A stretch of 35,271 bases of DNA from a virus (lineage: Duplodnaviria; Caudoviricetes), in the IMG/VR virus record IMGVR_UViG_3300033067_001778, positions 1 through 35,271 of that record; one strand, given 5' to 3'. Of this stretch, positions 14,925-24,772 are shown piece after piece (positions within the stretch are counted from its first letter, which is position 1; every line of letters starts with the position of its first letter). Under the pieces are notes generated by a model that had not been told where the DNA came from, ran no database searches, and saw only the letters and a program-made list of their open reading frames with translations. The translations under genes and the position numbers were made by a program.

Positions 14925-16985
14925 ATGGTAGATTATTCAAATGATAGAGAATATTTTGCAGCAGTGCCGATTGATGAGATTGGCGACAGACTATCCGGTA
15001 GAGTGTCCGAATACTACTCTTACCTAACTTCTAGTGCGCTTGTAGATTTATGGCGGCGATCTTTTTACTCATACTATGGTCTTGTAGAAGATACCGCACT
15101 TTCAGGTTTCGGTATTTTCGCAATTGGTCGGATTAGAGCAAGTGGATCCGAAGGCGAAGTTGCAAGCATCAAGGTGAACCATTTCCGAAACCTGATGACT
15201 CACTTGCTGGTACTCACAACGCAGCAAAGGCCAGCGCTCAAGTGCCGGGCGACTAACAGCGACAGCGAATCTATATCCCAAGCGTATTTGGGAGATGGGA
15301 TTGTTGACTACTACATGAAAGAGCGATCCCTTGAAAGGTATATCCGGGATGCTGTTGAAACATGTCTGATATTTGGCGAATCATATGTTAGGATTGACTG
15401 GGATGCGAAAGCAGGCAATGAGTATGCTGTTGATGAGATGGGCCAGGTAACAAACGATGGTGATGTTGTGTTCAAGACTTATACGCCATTCGACGTTATC
15501 CGCGACACAACCGAGACAACAAACGACTGTAGCTGGTACATTTGTCATGACGTCAAGAATAGGTTTGATCTAGCCGTTAAGTACCCGCAAGTCGCAGAAG
15601 AAATCCTTAACATCTCGACAGACATCACAAGCGGTAAGCGATACGTGGATCCCACAAAGATCATTCCTGCTGCGGGTGTTGGCACCAAGCATACCGAGTT
15701 AATAGACGTGTATGAATTCATTCATAAAAAGACACCTTCGGTTCCTGATGGTAGGTTTACAGTGTTCTTGCAGGATGGTACGGTTCTTTTTGATGGTCCA
15801 TTGGCGTTTAAGACAATGCCAATCTACCGAATCTGTGCTGCTAACCTGCTCGGTTCACCGTTTGGTTATACTGTGGCGTTCGACCTGCTTGGCATCCAAC
15901 AAATGGTTGATAAGCTGTACTCCGTTATTTGCTCTAACCAGCTGGCAGCTGGTATGCAAAACTTTTGGTCGCCGCCAGGTAACCAAGTCGAGAAATATCA
16001 AATGGCTGGCGGTTTGAATTTGATTGAATCAGTTGTAAAACCAGAAGTACTCGAACTTTTGTCAACTCCTCAAGAAGTTTTTGCATTTATTCAAAGGCTT
16101 GAAGGGATCATGGAGACCCTGTCGGGTGTCAGTGCGGTAAATCGCGGCGAAACACCAGAAAACCTAAAATCAGGTACATCTTTGGCTTTTGTGGCATCCC
16201 AAGCGATTACTTTCATGTCAGGTATGCAAAACAGTTATAACCAGCTGCAGGAAGGACTTGGCTCTGGTTTGCTGCATACTCTGCAGGACTTTGTTACCAC
16301 TAAAAAACAGGCAATCATCGCTGGTAAATTTAATAGGCCCATTCAAAAAACGTATCTTGGCAAAGATTTGGCAAGAATTGACCGTGTAGTTGTGGAGCAA
16401 ACGAGTGCTTTGTCTAAGACACATGCAGGTAAAATGGAGATTGCTAACAATCTGCTCAACACTGGTCTGATCCGAAACGCCAGGGAATATATCACCGTTG
16501 TTGCTACTGGTAATATTGATCCGCTTTATGAGTCAGAGATGAGCGAAATCTTACTTGTCAAGGCAGAAAATGAAGATCTGCGGGACCACAAAATGCCTAT
16601 TGCTCTAATCATTGATGATCACAAAATGCATGTCTTGGAGCACAGAGCAATCCTTGCAAATCCGGACGCCAGGAAAGATGCGCAGCTGATCACACTTGTT
16701 CTTGAGCATATCCAAGAGCATATCAATCTCAACATGCAAATTCAGCAAGTCAACCCTGCTCTGCTAGCAATGATGGGTGAACAACCGTTGCCTATGCCTA
16801 TGGCACCAATGCCACAACCAATGCCCGGCCAACAGCAGCAAGGGATGGGCCAAATGGCAAATCCCGCTTCCCCAATGGAGCAAGCAGCAGGCGAGGTAAA
16901 GCCACCCAGAATGCCGAATCTTCCACCCAATGCTGATCAAAATACACAGAACGCATACCAACAATTGCAAGGAGTGCCACAATAA
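14925..16985 (+). CDS. portal protein
   Basis: 686 aa after TerL; LSGVSAVNRG...SGTSL; DDHKMHVLEH; Q/P/M-rich tail typical of podovirus portals. Confidence 0.9.
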   Translation: MVDYSNDREYFAAVPIDEIGDRLSGRVSEYYSYLTSSALVDLWRRSFYSYYGLVEDTALSGFGIFAIGRIRASGSEGEVASIKVNHFRNLMTHLLVLTTQQRPALKCRATNSDSESISQAYLGDGIVDYYMKERSLERYIRDAVETCLIFGESYVRIDWDAKAGNEYAVDEMGQVTNDGDVVFKTYTPFDVIRDTTETTNDCSWYICHDVKNRFDLAVKYPQVAEEILNISTDITSGKRYVDPTKIIPAAGVGTKHTELIDVYEFIHKKTPSVPDGRFTVFLQDGTVLFDGPLAFKTMPIYRICAANLLGSPFGYTVAFDLLGIQQMVDKLYSVICSNQLAAGMQNFWSPPGNQVEKYQMAGGLNLIESVVKPEVLELLSTPQEVFAFIQRLEGIMETLSGVSAVNRGETPENLKSGTSLAFVASQAITFMSGMQNSYNQLQEGLGSGLLHTLQDFVTTKKQAIIAGKFNRPIQKTYLGKDLARIDRVVVEQTSALSKTHAGKMEIANNLLNTGLIRNAREYITVVATGNIDPLYESEMSEILLVKAENEDLRDHKMPIALIIDDHKMHVLEHRAILANPDARKDAQLITLVLEHIQEHINLNMQIQQVNPALLAMMGEQPLPMPMAPMPQPMPGQQQQGMGQMANPASPMEQAAGEVKPPRMPNLPPNADQNTQNAYQQLQGVPQ

Positions 16986-17887
16986 TGGAAAGCACAGAGA
17001 CAACCGCACCAGAATCAACAGGTGGATCCGTTCCACCTGGCGTCAACCCTGCCTTTGCGGAACCTGCAGAGCAGAAGGAAGGCGCAGAGCAGAAGGCAGA
17101 GAAGGCAGCGGCAGCGGCATACAAAAAGCTGAAGATCAAAGGCCGTGAGATAGACGTTGATGAAACCAAGTATCATGAGTATGCGCAAAAAGGCGCAGCT
17201 GCTACCGAAACATGGCAGGAAGCTGCTAAGCTGAAAAAAGAGGCAGACGATTTTATGAAGCGGCTTAGGGAAAACCCTAAGTCAGTGCTTGCTGACAAAA
17301 ACTTAGGCATAGACTTCCGCAAAGTCGCCGAAGACTACCTTTGGGAGCAGCTGCAGGATGAACAAATGTCTCCACAAGAAAAGGCCCAAAGAGAGAAGGA
17401 AAGGCGTCTTGAGATATTGGAAGCGCAAGAAGCGGAACGAGCAAAGTCCGAGACTGAACAACAGCGACTTAAAGAGCATGAATATTATAGAGACGAGTAT
17501 GATAAGAAAATCAGCAAAGCTCTTGCTTCTAGCGGACTCCCACGAACTACAGGAACCGTCCGACGAATAGCTGAATATATGAAAGTTGACATCGATTCTG
17601 GTATCGACAGGGATCCCATTGAATACATCGATGCTGTAAGGGCTGACTACATGGCAGATATCCAAGAATTGCTTTCAACGGTAGACGGTGATGCGCTACT
17701 GAAAATGCTTGGTGATGATGCTGCTAAAAAAATACGCACGTCCGACCTGAAACGCCTCAAGACTACCACGCCAAAAGAGGGGCATACTTTCGTTCCCGGC
17801 AAGGGAATGCAAAAGAGTGAACCTGTCAGAAAGCTATCCGGCAAAGACTGGGAACGCGACGTCATGAAAAGTTTGATGGGGCGTTAA
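16985..17887 (+). CDS. scaffolding protein
   Basis: KLKIKGREIDVD...YAQKG motif, charged coiled coil, between portal and capsid. Confidence 0.75.
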   Translation: MESTETTAPESTGGSVPPGVNPAFAEPAEQKEGAEQKAEKAAAAAYKKLKIKGREIDVDETKYHEYAQKGAAATETWQEAAKLKKEADDFMKRLRENPKSVLADKNLGIDFRKVAEDYLWEQLQDEQMSPQEKAQREKERRLEILEAQEAERAKSETEQQRLKEHEYYRDEYDKKISKALASSGLPRTTGTVRRIAEYMKVDIDSGIDRDPIEYIDAVRADYMADIQELLSTVDGDALLKMLGDDAAKKIRTSDLKRLKTTTPKEGHTFVPGKGMQKSEPVRKLSGKDWERDVMKSLMGR

Positions 17888-18041
17888 CCATATTAACCAT
17901 ATGTATTAGAGGACAAGCCAATTCAATAGCCTCGCATATGGCTCCCTTCGGGACAACCTAGCGACAAGCCAGAATGAGCAAAACCCAAAATAGTTTTGTG
18001 TCGTAAAATATTATCAAAAAAATTTATGAAAGGTTCATATC
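17888..18041 (+). promoter_or_regulatory. structured leader of capsid gene
   Basis: Several nested stems and three GACAA(G)CC copies. Confidence 0.5.
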
Positions 18042-19319
18042 ATGGCTGGTGAGAATACACTTACAAGTTTAAATTCACAGTTCAAGTATATCCAAGACAA
18101 AGCGCAAACTTTGCTCCCCGAAAACGCAGTTTTAATGAAACTGATTCCTGAAATTACAGAAGCTACCAAAGAGGGTAGAAAATATTTGGTTCCTGTGCAG
18201 TTAAGCCATGAGAATGGTGTAACTTATGGGGATGGCACAGTTTTTGCATTGAACAGTGCAAGTGCTGCGGCATATGACGAGATCGAGGTTGATGCTTCCC
18301 CAATTATCCTTTTAACTCAAATCTCAGAATCCGTTGCAAATAGAATGGCGAACAGCAAGCAAACCTTCTTGACAGAAGCTACCTTGAGAGCTCGCGTCAT
18401 GTATGATTCTCTTGCTCGCTACCTCGAAATTTCTATGTTGTACGGCAAGTCTACCACCGGTTGGGGAACTGCTTATTCAACTTCTGCAGCGTCAACTGTT
18501 CAAACTGTTGTGATTAATCAAGCACAATGGTCTGGCGGCATCTGGGGTGGCGCTGTTGGTGCTGTTCTTGAAGCATATCAAGACAACAGCGGTACAATCA
18601 CACAAATCACCGATACAGCTAACGTAACTTGCACAGTTACCAAAGTTGTTGCATCGACTCGCACAATCACCATGACTTGCGCTTCTGCACAGCTGGCAAC
18701 AAACATTGATACTGCAAAAGCATCTTACACAGTATTCTTCGTTCCAAAAGGTTCTTACACCAACGACATGGTCGGACTTGAGAGACAAATCGTTGGCGGT
18801 GCTACTTACTTTGGTATCGACCCAACAATCTATCCTCTCTGGCAAGGCCAAACCTATGCTTGCGGTAGCGCATCGCTGACCATGGCAAAGGTTCTTGCTG
18901 GTACTGCTCTTGCGGTTTCAGTTGGTGGTCTTAATACTGATGCTGTTTTGATGGTTTCTGCCGCGACATATCAAAACCTGAACAGTGATCAGGCCGCTCT
19001 TAGAATGTACGACTCCTCGTACTCGTCTAAAGAGTCTGACACTGGTGCAGAGGGCATCTGCTACGCCGGTCCAAACGGAAAGATCACCGTTATGGTGAAC
19101 AATATCGTCAAGGAAGGCGAGGCTTATTTGCTACCACCCAAATTTTTGTCACGAGTCGGCGCGAAAGAGCTTTCTTTCCAGCGTCCAGGCAAGACCGACG
19201 AGTTTTTTCAAGAAATTCCTTCTTACGCCGGATACAGTCTCCGAGCAGGCGCAGAATTTGCTGTGCTCCTAAGCAGACCAGCAATGGCTGTGAAGTTTAC
19301 TGGCATCGTTAACTCTTAA
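18042..19319 (+). CDS. major capsid protein
   Basis: 425 aa after scaffold; GRKYLVPVQL, MVGLERQI..YFGID..YPLW, highly biased codons. Confidence 0.9.
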   Translation: MAGENTLTSLNSQFKYIQDKAQTLLPENAVLMKLIPEITEATKEGRKYLVPVQLSHENGVTYGDGTVFALNSASAAAYDEIEVDASPIILLTQISESVANRMANSKQTFLTEATLRARVMYDSLARYLEISMLYGKSTTGWGTAYSTSAASTVQTVVINQAQWSGGIWGGAVGAVLEAYQDNSGTITQITDTANVTCTVTKVVASTRTITMTCASAQLATNIDTAKASYTVFFVPKGSYTNDMVGLERQIVGGATYFGIDPTIYPLWQGQTYACGSASLTMAKVLAGTALAVSVGGLNTDAVLMVSAATYQNLNSDQAALRMYDSSYSSKESDTGAEGICYAGPNGKITVMVNNIVKEGEAYLLPPKFLSRVGAKELSFQRPGKTDEFFQEIPSYAGYSLRAGAEFAVLLSRPAMAVKFTGIVNS

Positions 19320-19333
19320 TCTAACTCCACGCT

Positions 19334-19363
19334 AGGGGAGTAGGCTTGTCCTTCTCCCCTTTT
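19334..19363 (+). terminator. hairpin / attenuator after capsid gene
   Basis: AGGGGAG-N13-CTCCCCT-TTT. Confidence 0.55.
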
Positions 19364-19383
19364 CTCTTTGAAAGGGGAAACAA

Positions 19384-19932
19384 ATGACTGCTTCTTTGAA
19401 TTTGACAGTCAACGCTTCCAGGGCAGAGTTGAACGACTATATCCGTTCTTCTACTGATCCAAGAGGGGAGTGTCTTGCACTGGAAAGACTTTTCAAAAGG
19501 CTCGCGGCTGGAACAATTAGCGGTTCTGTGATTGCACAGAAATCTACTGTTGCGGCTGTTAGAGCGGCTGGTACGATTACAATCACTCACACAAACTTGG
19601 ACGCCAACGACACCGTAACAATTTGCGGCATCACAATCACAGCAAAAGCATCTGGTGCTACTGGTGCCCAGTTTAACATTGGATCTAGTGCAACAGCTGA
19701 CGCTACTAACCTTGCTGCTTGTATCAATGCTCTTGCTACTCTTAAAATCTATGTTAGCGCGACAAGTGCTTTGGGTGTTGTTACTGTAACGGCAAATCAA
19801 GCTGGCGTTGTTGGAAACTTGTTTGCTATGGCGACTTCGGACGCTACTGCTTACGGACTTTCTGCAGCTGCAATGGCTGGCGGTGCTGGCGGTGCGAACT
19901 CTGCTCCTGTAACCTATTCACGGGGTCTATAA
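19384..19932 (+). CDS. virion structural protein (decoration-like) with sheath-insertion-like beta domain
   Basis: AAGTITI...DTVTI.G...QFNIG...ATNLAACIN...GVVTVTA...G..GN. Confidence 0.6.
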   Translation: MTASLNLTVNASRAELNDYIRSSTDPRGECLALERLFKRLAAGTISGSVIAQKSTVAAVRAAGTITITHTNLDANDTVTICGITITAKASGATGAQFNIGSSATADATNLAACINALATLKIYVSATSALGVVTVTANQAGVVGNLFAMATSDATAYGLSAAAMAGGAGGANSAPVTYSRGL

Positions 19933-19942
19933 GGGGGGGCTT

Positions 19943-20542
19943 ATGCTTATTACTCGAAATGATGTGTTGATAAACGCAGAAACCTTTACTTATAACGATA
20001 CCTATGAATTTAACATGAACGACTTTGATCAGGGATCGATTCAGCTTGTTTGTGTTGATGCAACACCAGCAGAAAAAACTTTTACTGACACCGATGTTGA
20101 CGTTGATGATAACACCGTGACAATAGCTGACCATGGCTATTTAACTGGCGTTAAAGTAGTGACAACGACATCGGGCGCGGCTCCTGGCGGTCTTACGACA
20201 GGAACTTATTACATCGTTAAGATAGATAAAGACACAATCAAGTTTGCAACAAGCGTAGCAAATGCTTTTGCTGGCACCGTTGTCAACATCACAAGCGGCG
20301 GCGGTGTTGGTGACACTCAAACAATCACTCCTGCTGTTCTTGGCACTTGTGCGATTGATCTTTATGCATCAAACGACGGCACTAACTATGTAACTCTTAG
20401 CGTTGGATCCGGTAACTTTACAGCTGGTGTTGTGAAGCTGCTTCCTATCCTTGATAAGTTTTACAAATATCTCCAGCTTGTTTTGACTATACCAGCTGGC
20501 GCTCTGACCGTAACGGCGACACTGTACGGTAAACAATACTAA
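19943..20542 (+). CDS. virion structural protein with FCCH-like beta module
   Basis: TVTIADHGYLTG...PGGL..GTYYIVK...IKFATS. Confidence 0.65.
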   Translation: MLITRNDVLINAETFTYNDTYEFNMNDFDQGSIQLVCVDATPAEKTFTDTDVDVDDNTVTIADHGYLTGVKVVTTTSGAAPGGLTTGTYYIVKIDKDTIKFATSVANAFAGTVVNITSGGGVGDTQTITPAVLGTCAIDLYASNDGTNYVTLSVGSGNFTAGVVKLLPILDKFYKYLQLVLTIPAGALTVTATLYGKQY

Positions 20543-20561
20543 TCCAAAGCGGGGATTTTAT

Positions 20562-23525
20562 ATGTCAACAAACATTGTATACAACGGAGTTACCTATACT
20601 ATCCCTGCTACGGATGACGTAGCTTGGGGAGATGCGGTATCAGAATTTTTAATTGCGATACCTAGTGGAATGCTGACAAAAGTTGGTGGTTCGTGGGCTT
20701 TAACCGGTTCCGATCTAGACTTGGGTGCAGCTTATGGGCTTTCTGCTATTTATCTAAAAACAAAAACAGCAACACCAGCCCTTGCTGGCGTTTTAAGGCT
20801 TGCTTATGCTGATGCTATTGCTTGGCGTGCAAGTGCCAACAATAAAGACTTGGTTTTGAAGCCAGATGCTTCAAATCTGCTAACATGGGATGCTATTGCT
20901 CTTGTTAATGTCTCGACGGCGCAAACATTGACGACAAAAACTATAAATGCACCAGATAACACAATTACAAACATTATGAACGTTAATATCGCTGCAGCTG
21001 CTGCAATTGCATATAGTAAGCTATCGGTTGGCAGCGGAGAAATTGCATATGCAAAGCTCACATTAACTGGCTCGATTGTTAATGCTGATATCGCTACAAA
21101 CGCTGCTATAGCAGCATCAAAAACTGATGGTAATTTTGGTTCGACTGAGATTGTTACATCAGGCGGAATTAGTCTTGGAACAACTAATAAAATAACACTA
21201 AAGGGTGACCCATCGGCAGATTACGATATTGAATTTCCTGACGCGGATGGGATCTTAGGTCAAACTGTAGTATTAAATTCGTCTGGAAAACTTGAATGGG
21301 TAACAATCCCAGGTCTTGCACTCACTAGATATTATATTATGGTTGGTAATTCATCAAACCAGGCTACGCCAGTCAACACAAACAATGTTGGCGAAGTTAA
21401 AGCTGATGAGTCGGGCGGTTTAACAATTAAAGCTCTTGCAATAACTAATGCGATGGTAAGTGCTTCAGCTGCTGTAGCCTTCTCAAAAATGGCAGCACTT
21501 ACAGTAAGCAGGGCTCTTGTGTCGGACGGATCTGGTGTTGTCTCTGCATCTACAACAACAGCAGCGGAAATCGGATATGTAAACGGCGTAACAAGTGCTA
21601 TTCAGACACAGCTGGGAACAAAAGTTGTTGGCCCAGCAAGTGCTGTTGATGGAAATCTAGCATCTTTTGACGCAACCACTGGAAAACTGATAAAAGACAG
21701 TGGATCAAAAGCTGGCGACTTTGTTACTGGGCCAGCTTCATCAACAGACGATTCAGTTGCGCGATTTAACGGCACTAATGTTAAAGTTGTACAGGGTTCT
21801 GGCGTAATAATAGACGATTCTAATAACGTTACAGGGATAGAGACTTTATCTGTAAAGACAGCTTTAACAATCGAAGATCCGGGTGCAAGTACTAACAAAA
21901 TTACTATAAACTCACCAACTTTAGCGGGTAATTGGGAATTAACTTTGCCGGATAATGATGGTAGCGCAGGACAGTACCTTAAGACAGACGGCGATGGTAA
22001 TACTACTTGGGATACTCCAACAGGCGCAGGAGACGTTGTAGGTATCAGTGCTAGCGTAGATAATGAAATAGCTAGATTTGACAGCACTACAGGCAAAAGA
22101 ATCCAAGGATACACAAGCGGTGGGCCTACTGTCGGGGATACTGGCGATGTAGTATTTCACGGTTCGGCGATATTCAATGAAGCCGGTGCCGATAAAGATT
22201 TTAGAGTAGAGGGGGACACCGACGCCAATCTTATTTTTGCAGATGCAAGTACGGATAGGGTAGGAATTGGTACTAATATCCCAGGTTCTAAAATACATAT
22301 GCATCAGGCTATTGCTTCTGGTTCTGATTATATTGGAGGTACCTTTATTTTATCCAGAGGTTGGGACGGAACTACTGGCAACCGAGCATCGGGAGTCTCT
22401 CATTTTTATGATGCGACTGACACAAAAGATAAGCTGATGTTTGGCGTAACACCTCAAGCGTCAGGCGGCGACCCCACAACTGAAGCTAATACCAAAATGG
22501 TCATCACAGAAGACGGTAACGTAGGTATAGGTACGGTGACTCCAAACGGTCGACTACAAATAACAGGAGGTACAGCAAACGCATCCGACTTGGCAACATC
22601 TTATTCGGCCGCAGCAGTTACTCTAGTCCCAAAATCCACATCTGGCTATTCTTTAGCCTTTGGTTCTGGGCCAAATGATTTTCCCTACATACAGATGAGT
22701 GCATCAGGTTCGGCAGCATCCAATATGTCACTTCAACCCTATGGAGGCAACGTAGGCATAGGGGAGGCTTCACCAGCTAACCAACTTGTCGTCCGAAATC
22801 AATCAAATACAGGCACAGCAACAGACGGGTGTTCTATACTTATAAAATCTGATAACCGAAGTTCCAATATTAGGTTAGATGCAAAAAGCAATTCGTCCAC
22901 AGCACTTGTCGCACTGAATGAAACTACAGAAAAAGGCCGTTTGCAGTATTCAAATAGTACAGATGCTTGGACCCTGCAGGGCAATGGCACTACCGTAATG
23001 TTTACTGTGACTAGTGCTGGGGCCATGCAAATAGGGCCAGCCACTGGGCTAACAACACCTCACGAAATAAGAAGTAGTTCTAACGCTGCCGGAGTAGTAG
23101 CGATAGTAAGAAAAATAACTGGGGGAGATACTACATCCAACTACTATCTGAATTTTACGACTGATACTACTGACCAAGGGTATATTTGGAATAATGCGTC
23201 GAACAACCTAGAAATAGCAACAGCATCAGACATTAGACTTAAAGAAAACATCAGAGATGCTGATTATGGTCTGGAACAAATTTTACAACTCCGACCCGTA
23301 TTATTTGATTGGAAATCCGGCTCGTCTGTAGACAACAAAGGTTTTATCGCCCAAGAAGTTCAAAAGGTTTTCCCAAGGTGCGTTAATGAAGCACCTAATG
23401 GTTATTTACATCTTGGTAAAGATGAGATGATACCAGTCCTGGTTAAAGCAATACAAGACCAGCAGAAAATAATAGATGACCTTAAAATTATAGTCGAGTC
23501 GTTGGTAAAAAAAGATAAAAAATAA
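20562..23525 (+). CDS. tail fibre with C-terminal intramolecular chaperone (peptidase S74)
   Basis: GNVGIG repeats, GPAS..D..ARFD repeats, SDIRLKENI...LRPVLFDWK...GFIAQEV...LVKAIQD. Confidence 0.9.
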   Translation: MSTNIVYNGVTYTIPATDDVAWGDAVSEFLIAIPSGMLTKVGGSWALTGSDLDLGAAYGLSAIYLKTKTATPALAGVLRLAYADAIAWRASANNKDLVLKPDASNLLTWDAIALVNVSTAQTLTTKTINAPDNTITNIMNVNIAAAAAIAYSKLSVGSGEIAYAKLTLTGSIVNADIATNAAIAASKTDGNFGSTEIVTSGGISLGTTNKITLKGDPSADYDIEFPDADGILGQTVVLNSSGKLEWVTIPGLALTRYYIMVGNSSNQATPVNTNNVGEVKADESGGLTIKALAITNAMVSASAAVAFSKMAALTVSRALVSDGSGVVSASTTTAAEIGYVNGVTSAIQTQLGTKVVGPASAVDGNLASFDATTGKLIKDSGSKAGDFVTGPASSTDDSVARFNGTNVKVVQGSGVIIDDSNNVTGIETLSVKTALTIEDPGASTNKITINSPTLAGNWELTLPDNDGSAGQYLKTDGDGNTTWDTPTGAGDVVGISASVDNEIARFDSTTGKRIQGYTSGGPTVGDTGDVVFHGSAIFNEAGADKDFRVEGDTDANLIFADASTDRVGIGTNIPGSKIHMHQAIASGSDYIGGTFILSRGWDGTTGNRASGVSHFYDATDTKDKLMFGVTPQASGGDPTTEANTKMVITEDGNVGIGTVTPNGRLQITGGTANASDLATSYSAAAVTLVPKSTSGYSLAFGSGPNDFPYIQMSASGSAASNMSLQPYGGNVGIGEASPANQLVVRNQSNTGTATDGCSILIKSDNRSSNIRLDAKSNSSTALVALNETTEKGRLQYSNSTDAWTLQGNGTTVMFTVTSAGAMQIGPATGLTTPHEIRSSSNAAGVVAIVRKITGGDTTSNYYLNFTTDTTDQGYIWNNASNNLEIATASDIRLKENIRDADYGLEQILQLRPVLFDWKSGSSVDNKGFIAQEVQKVFPRCVNEAPNGYLHLGKDEMIPVLVKAIQDQQKIIDDLKIIVESLVKKDKK

Positions 23526-23543
23526 CAAAAGAAAGGAACATAC

Positions 23544-23855
23544 ATGTTTTTGAATGAAAAACAAAAAAACTTAAAATCGAAAGCACTTGCTGATTTGCTT
23601 GGTGAAGTAGATTCACTCGATAAAAACAAACTTGGCAAGAAACCTGTTGTTGCAGAAATGTCTGTCACCAAAGTTGAGCCAATGGACAAACTTGGATCCC
23701 TGATGAAAGAAGCAGGACACGAAGGCGTTGAAGAAAAAGAAGAACAGCTTTTTCCAGCTGAAGAAGCAAAAGAAGAAGCTCTGGAAGAAAGCGGCGGCAT
23801 TTCAGCAGAAGAAAAGCAAATGATCGAAGAACTTTATAACCGTTATTGCAGATAA
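23544..23855 (+). CDS. acidic hypothetical virion-module protein
   Basis: AAGGA RBS, Glu-rich. Confidence 0.7.
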   Translation: MFLNEKQKNLKSKALADLLGEVDSLDKNKLGKKPVVAEMSVTKVEPMDKLGSLMKEAGHEGVEEKEEQLFPAEEAKEEALEESGGISAEEKQMIEELYNRYCR

Positions 23856-23866
23856 AAGGGGCTAAC

Positions 23867-24772
23867 ATGTCCGCTTATACCACAACAGACTTAATAAAAT
23901 CAGTCAGGGTTCGCGGCATGTTCCCTGATGCAAGCCAAGGCACTTTGTCGGCTGATAATATTCTGATGATTGCGAGTGAAGAACTAAAACTATCCATAGT
24001 TCCCATGATTCTTTCTGCTCGCGAAAAATATTATGAAACTTTCGTTGACTATCCAATGGTGGCAAACCAGGCTATGTATGCAATCCCAACAAGAGCAGTG
24101 GGTGGTCTCGCTTCTGTTGTTCAGTTTATAATCAATCAGAGTGTCACAACTCTAACGCCGTTTGATCCGCACGCAGCGGCGACAACTGTTTCAGGTATGT
24201 ACCCGAAGGGGTTCTACTTTGAAAATGACCATATTGTCGTTTATCCAACTCCGAGCTCCTCGTCTGGTACAATCCGGGTCCGTTACTTCCAAAGGCCGTC
24301 TCTGCTAGAACAAACGATCAACTGTGCTCAGATTGTGTCATTGGATCAAACACAAGGAACGGTAACAGTCTCCTCGTATCCGAGCTCTTGGGCTGCAGGA
24401 ATGAAAGTTGATTTCATTAACAACAACACTCCGCATAGTCCATACGGAATCGATACTGAGATTGTTCAGATATCAGCTGGCAATGTAATCAGCTTTGGGA
24501 CACTACCACTTAATAGAGAGGGAACGCTGGCCGTTGCAAAATATGACTGGCTGTCTCTAGCCGGATATACTCCTTTACCAGAGATATTAAGCGAATTCTT
24601 CCCACTTCTGGCACAGTCAACCGTGGTCAAGCTGCTTGAAGCTCTTAGCGATCCGGGCTTGGACAAGGCGCGCAGCAAACTTGCTGAATATGGCAGCAAC
24701 GCCTTAAAATTAATCACTCCAAGGGATCAATGGGGACTTAAAAAAGTTAAGTCAGATTGGAGAAACTGGTGA
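23867..24772 (+). CDS. head-tail adaptor / tail tubular A-like protein
   Basis: TT.DLI..VR.R N-terminus, VYPTP...IRVRY..RP; position in module. Confidence 0.65.
   Translation: MSAYTTTDLIKSVRVRGMFPDASQGTLSADNILMIASEELKLSIVPMILSAREKYYETFVDYPMVANQAMYAIPTRAVGGLASVVQFIINQSVTTLTPFDPHAAATTVSGMYPKGFYFENDHIVVYPTPSSSSGTIRVRYFQRPSLLEQTINCAQIVSLDQTQGTVTVSSYPSSWAAGMKVDFINNNTPHSPYGIDTEIVQISAGNVISFGTLPLNREGTLAVAKYDWLSLAGYTPLPEILSEFFPLLAQSTVVKLLEALSDPGLDKARSKLAEYGSNALKLITPRDQWGLKKVKSDWRNW

Noticed and set aside
19384-19932. Contractile tail sheath (myovirus) assignment
   Set aside because: Too short; no tube, baseplate or tape measure; the rest of the module is podovirus-like
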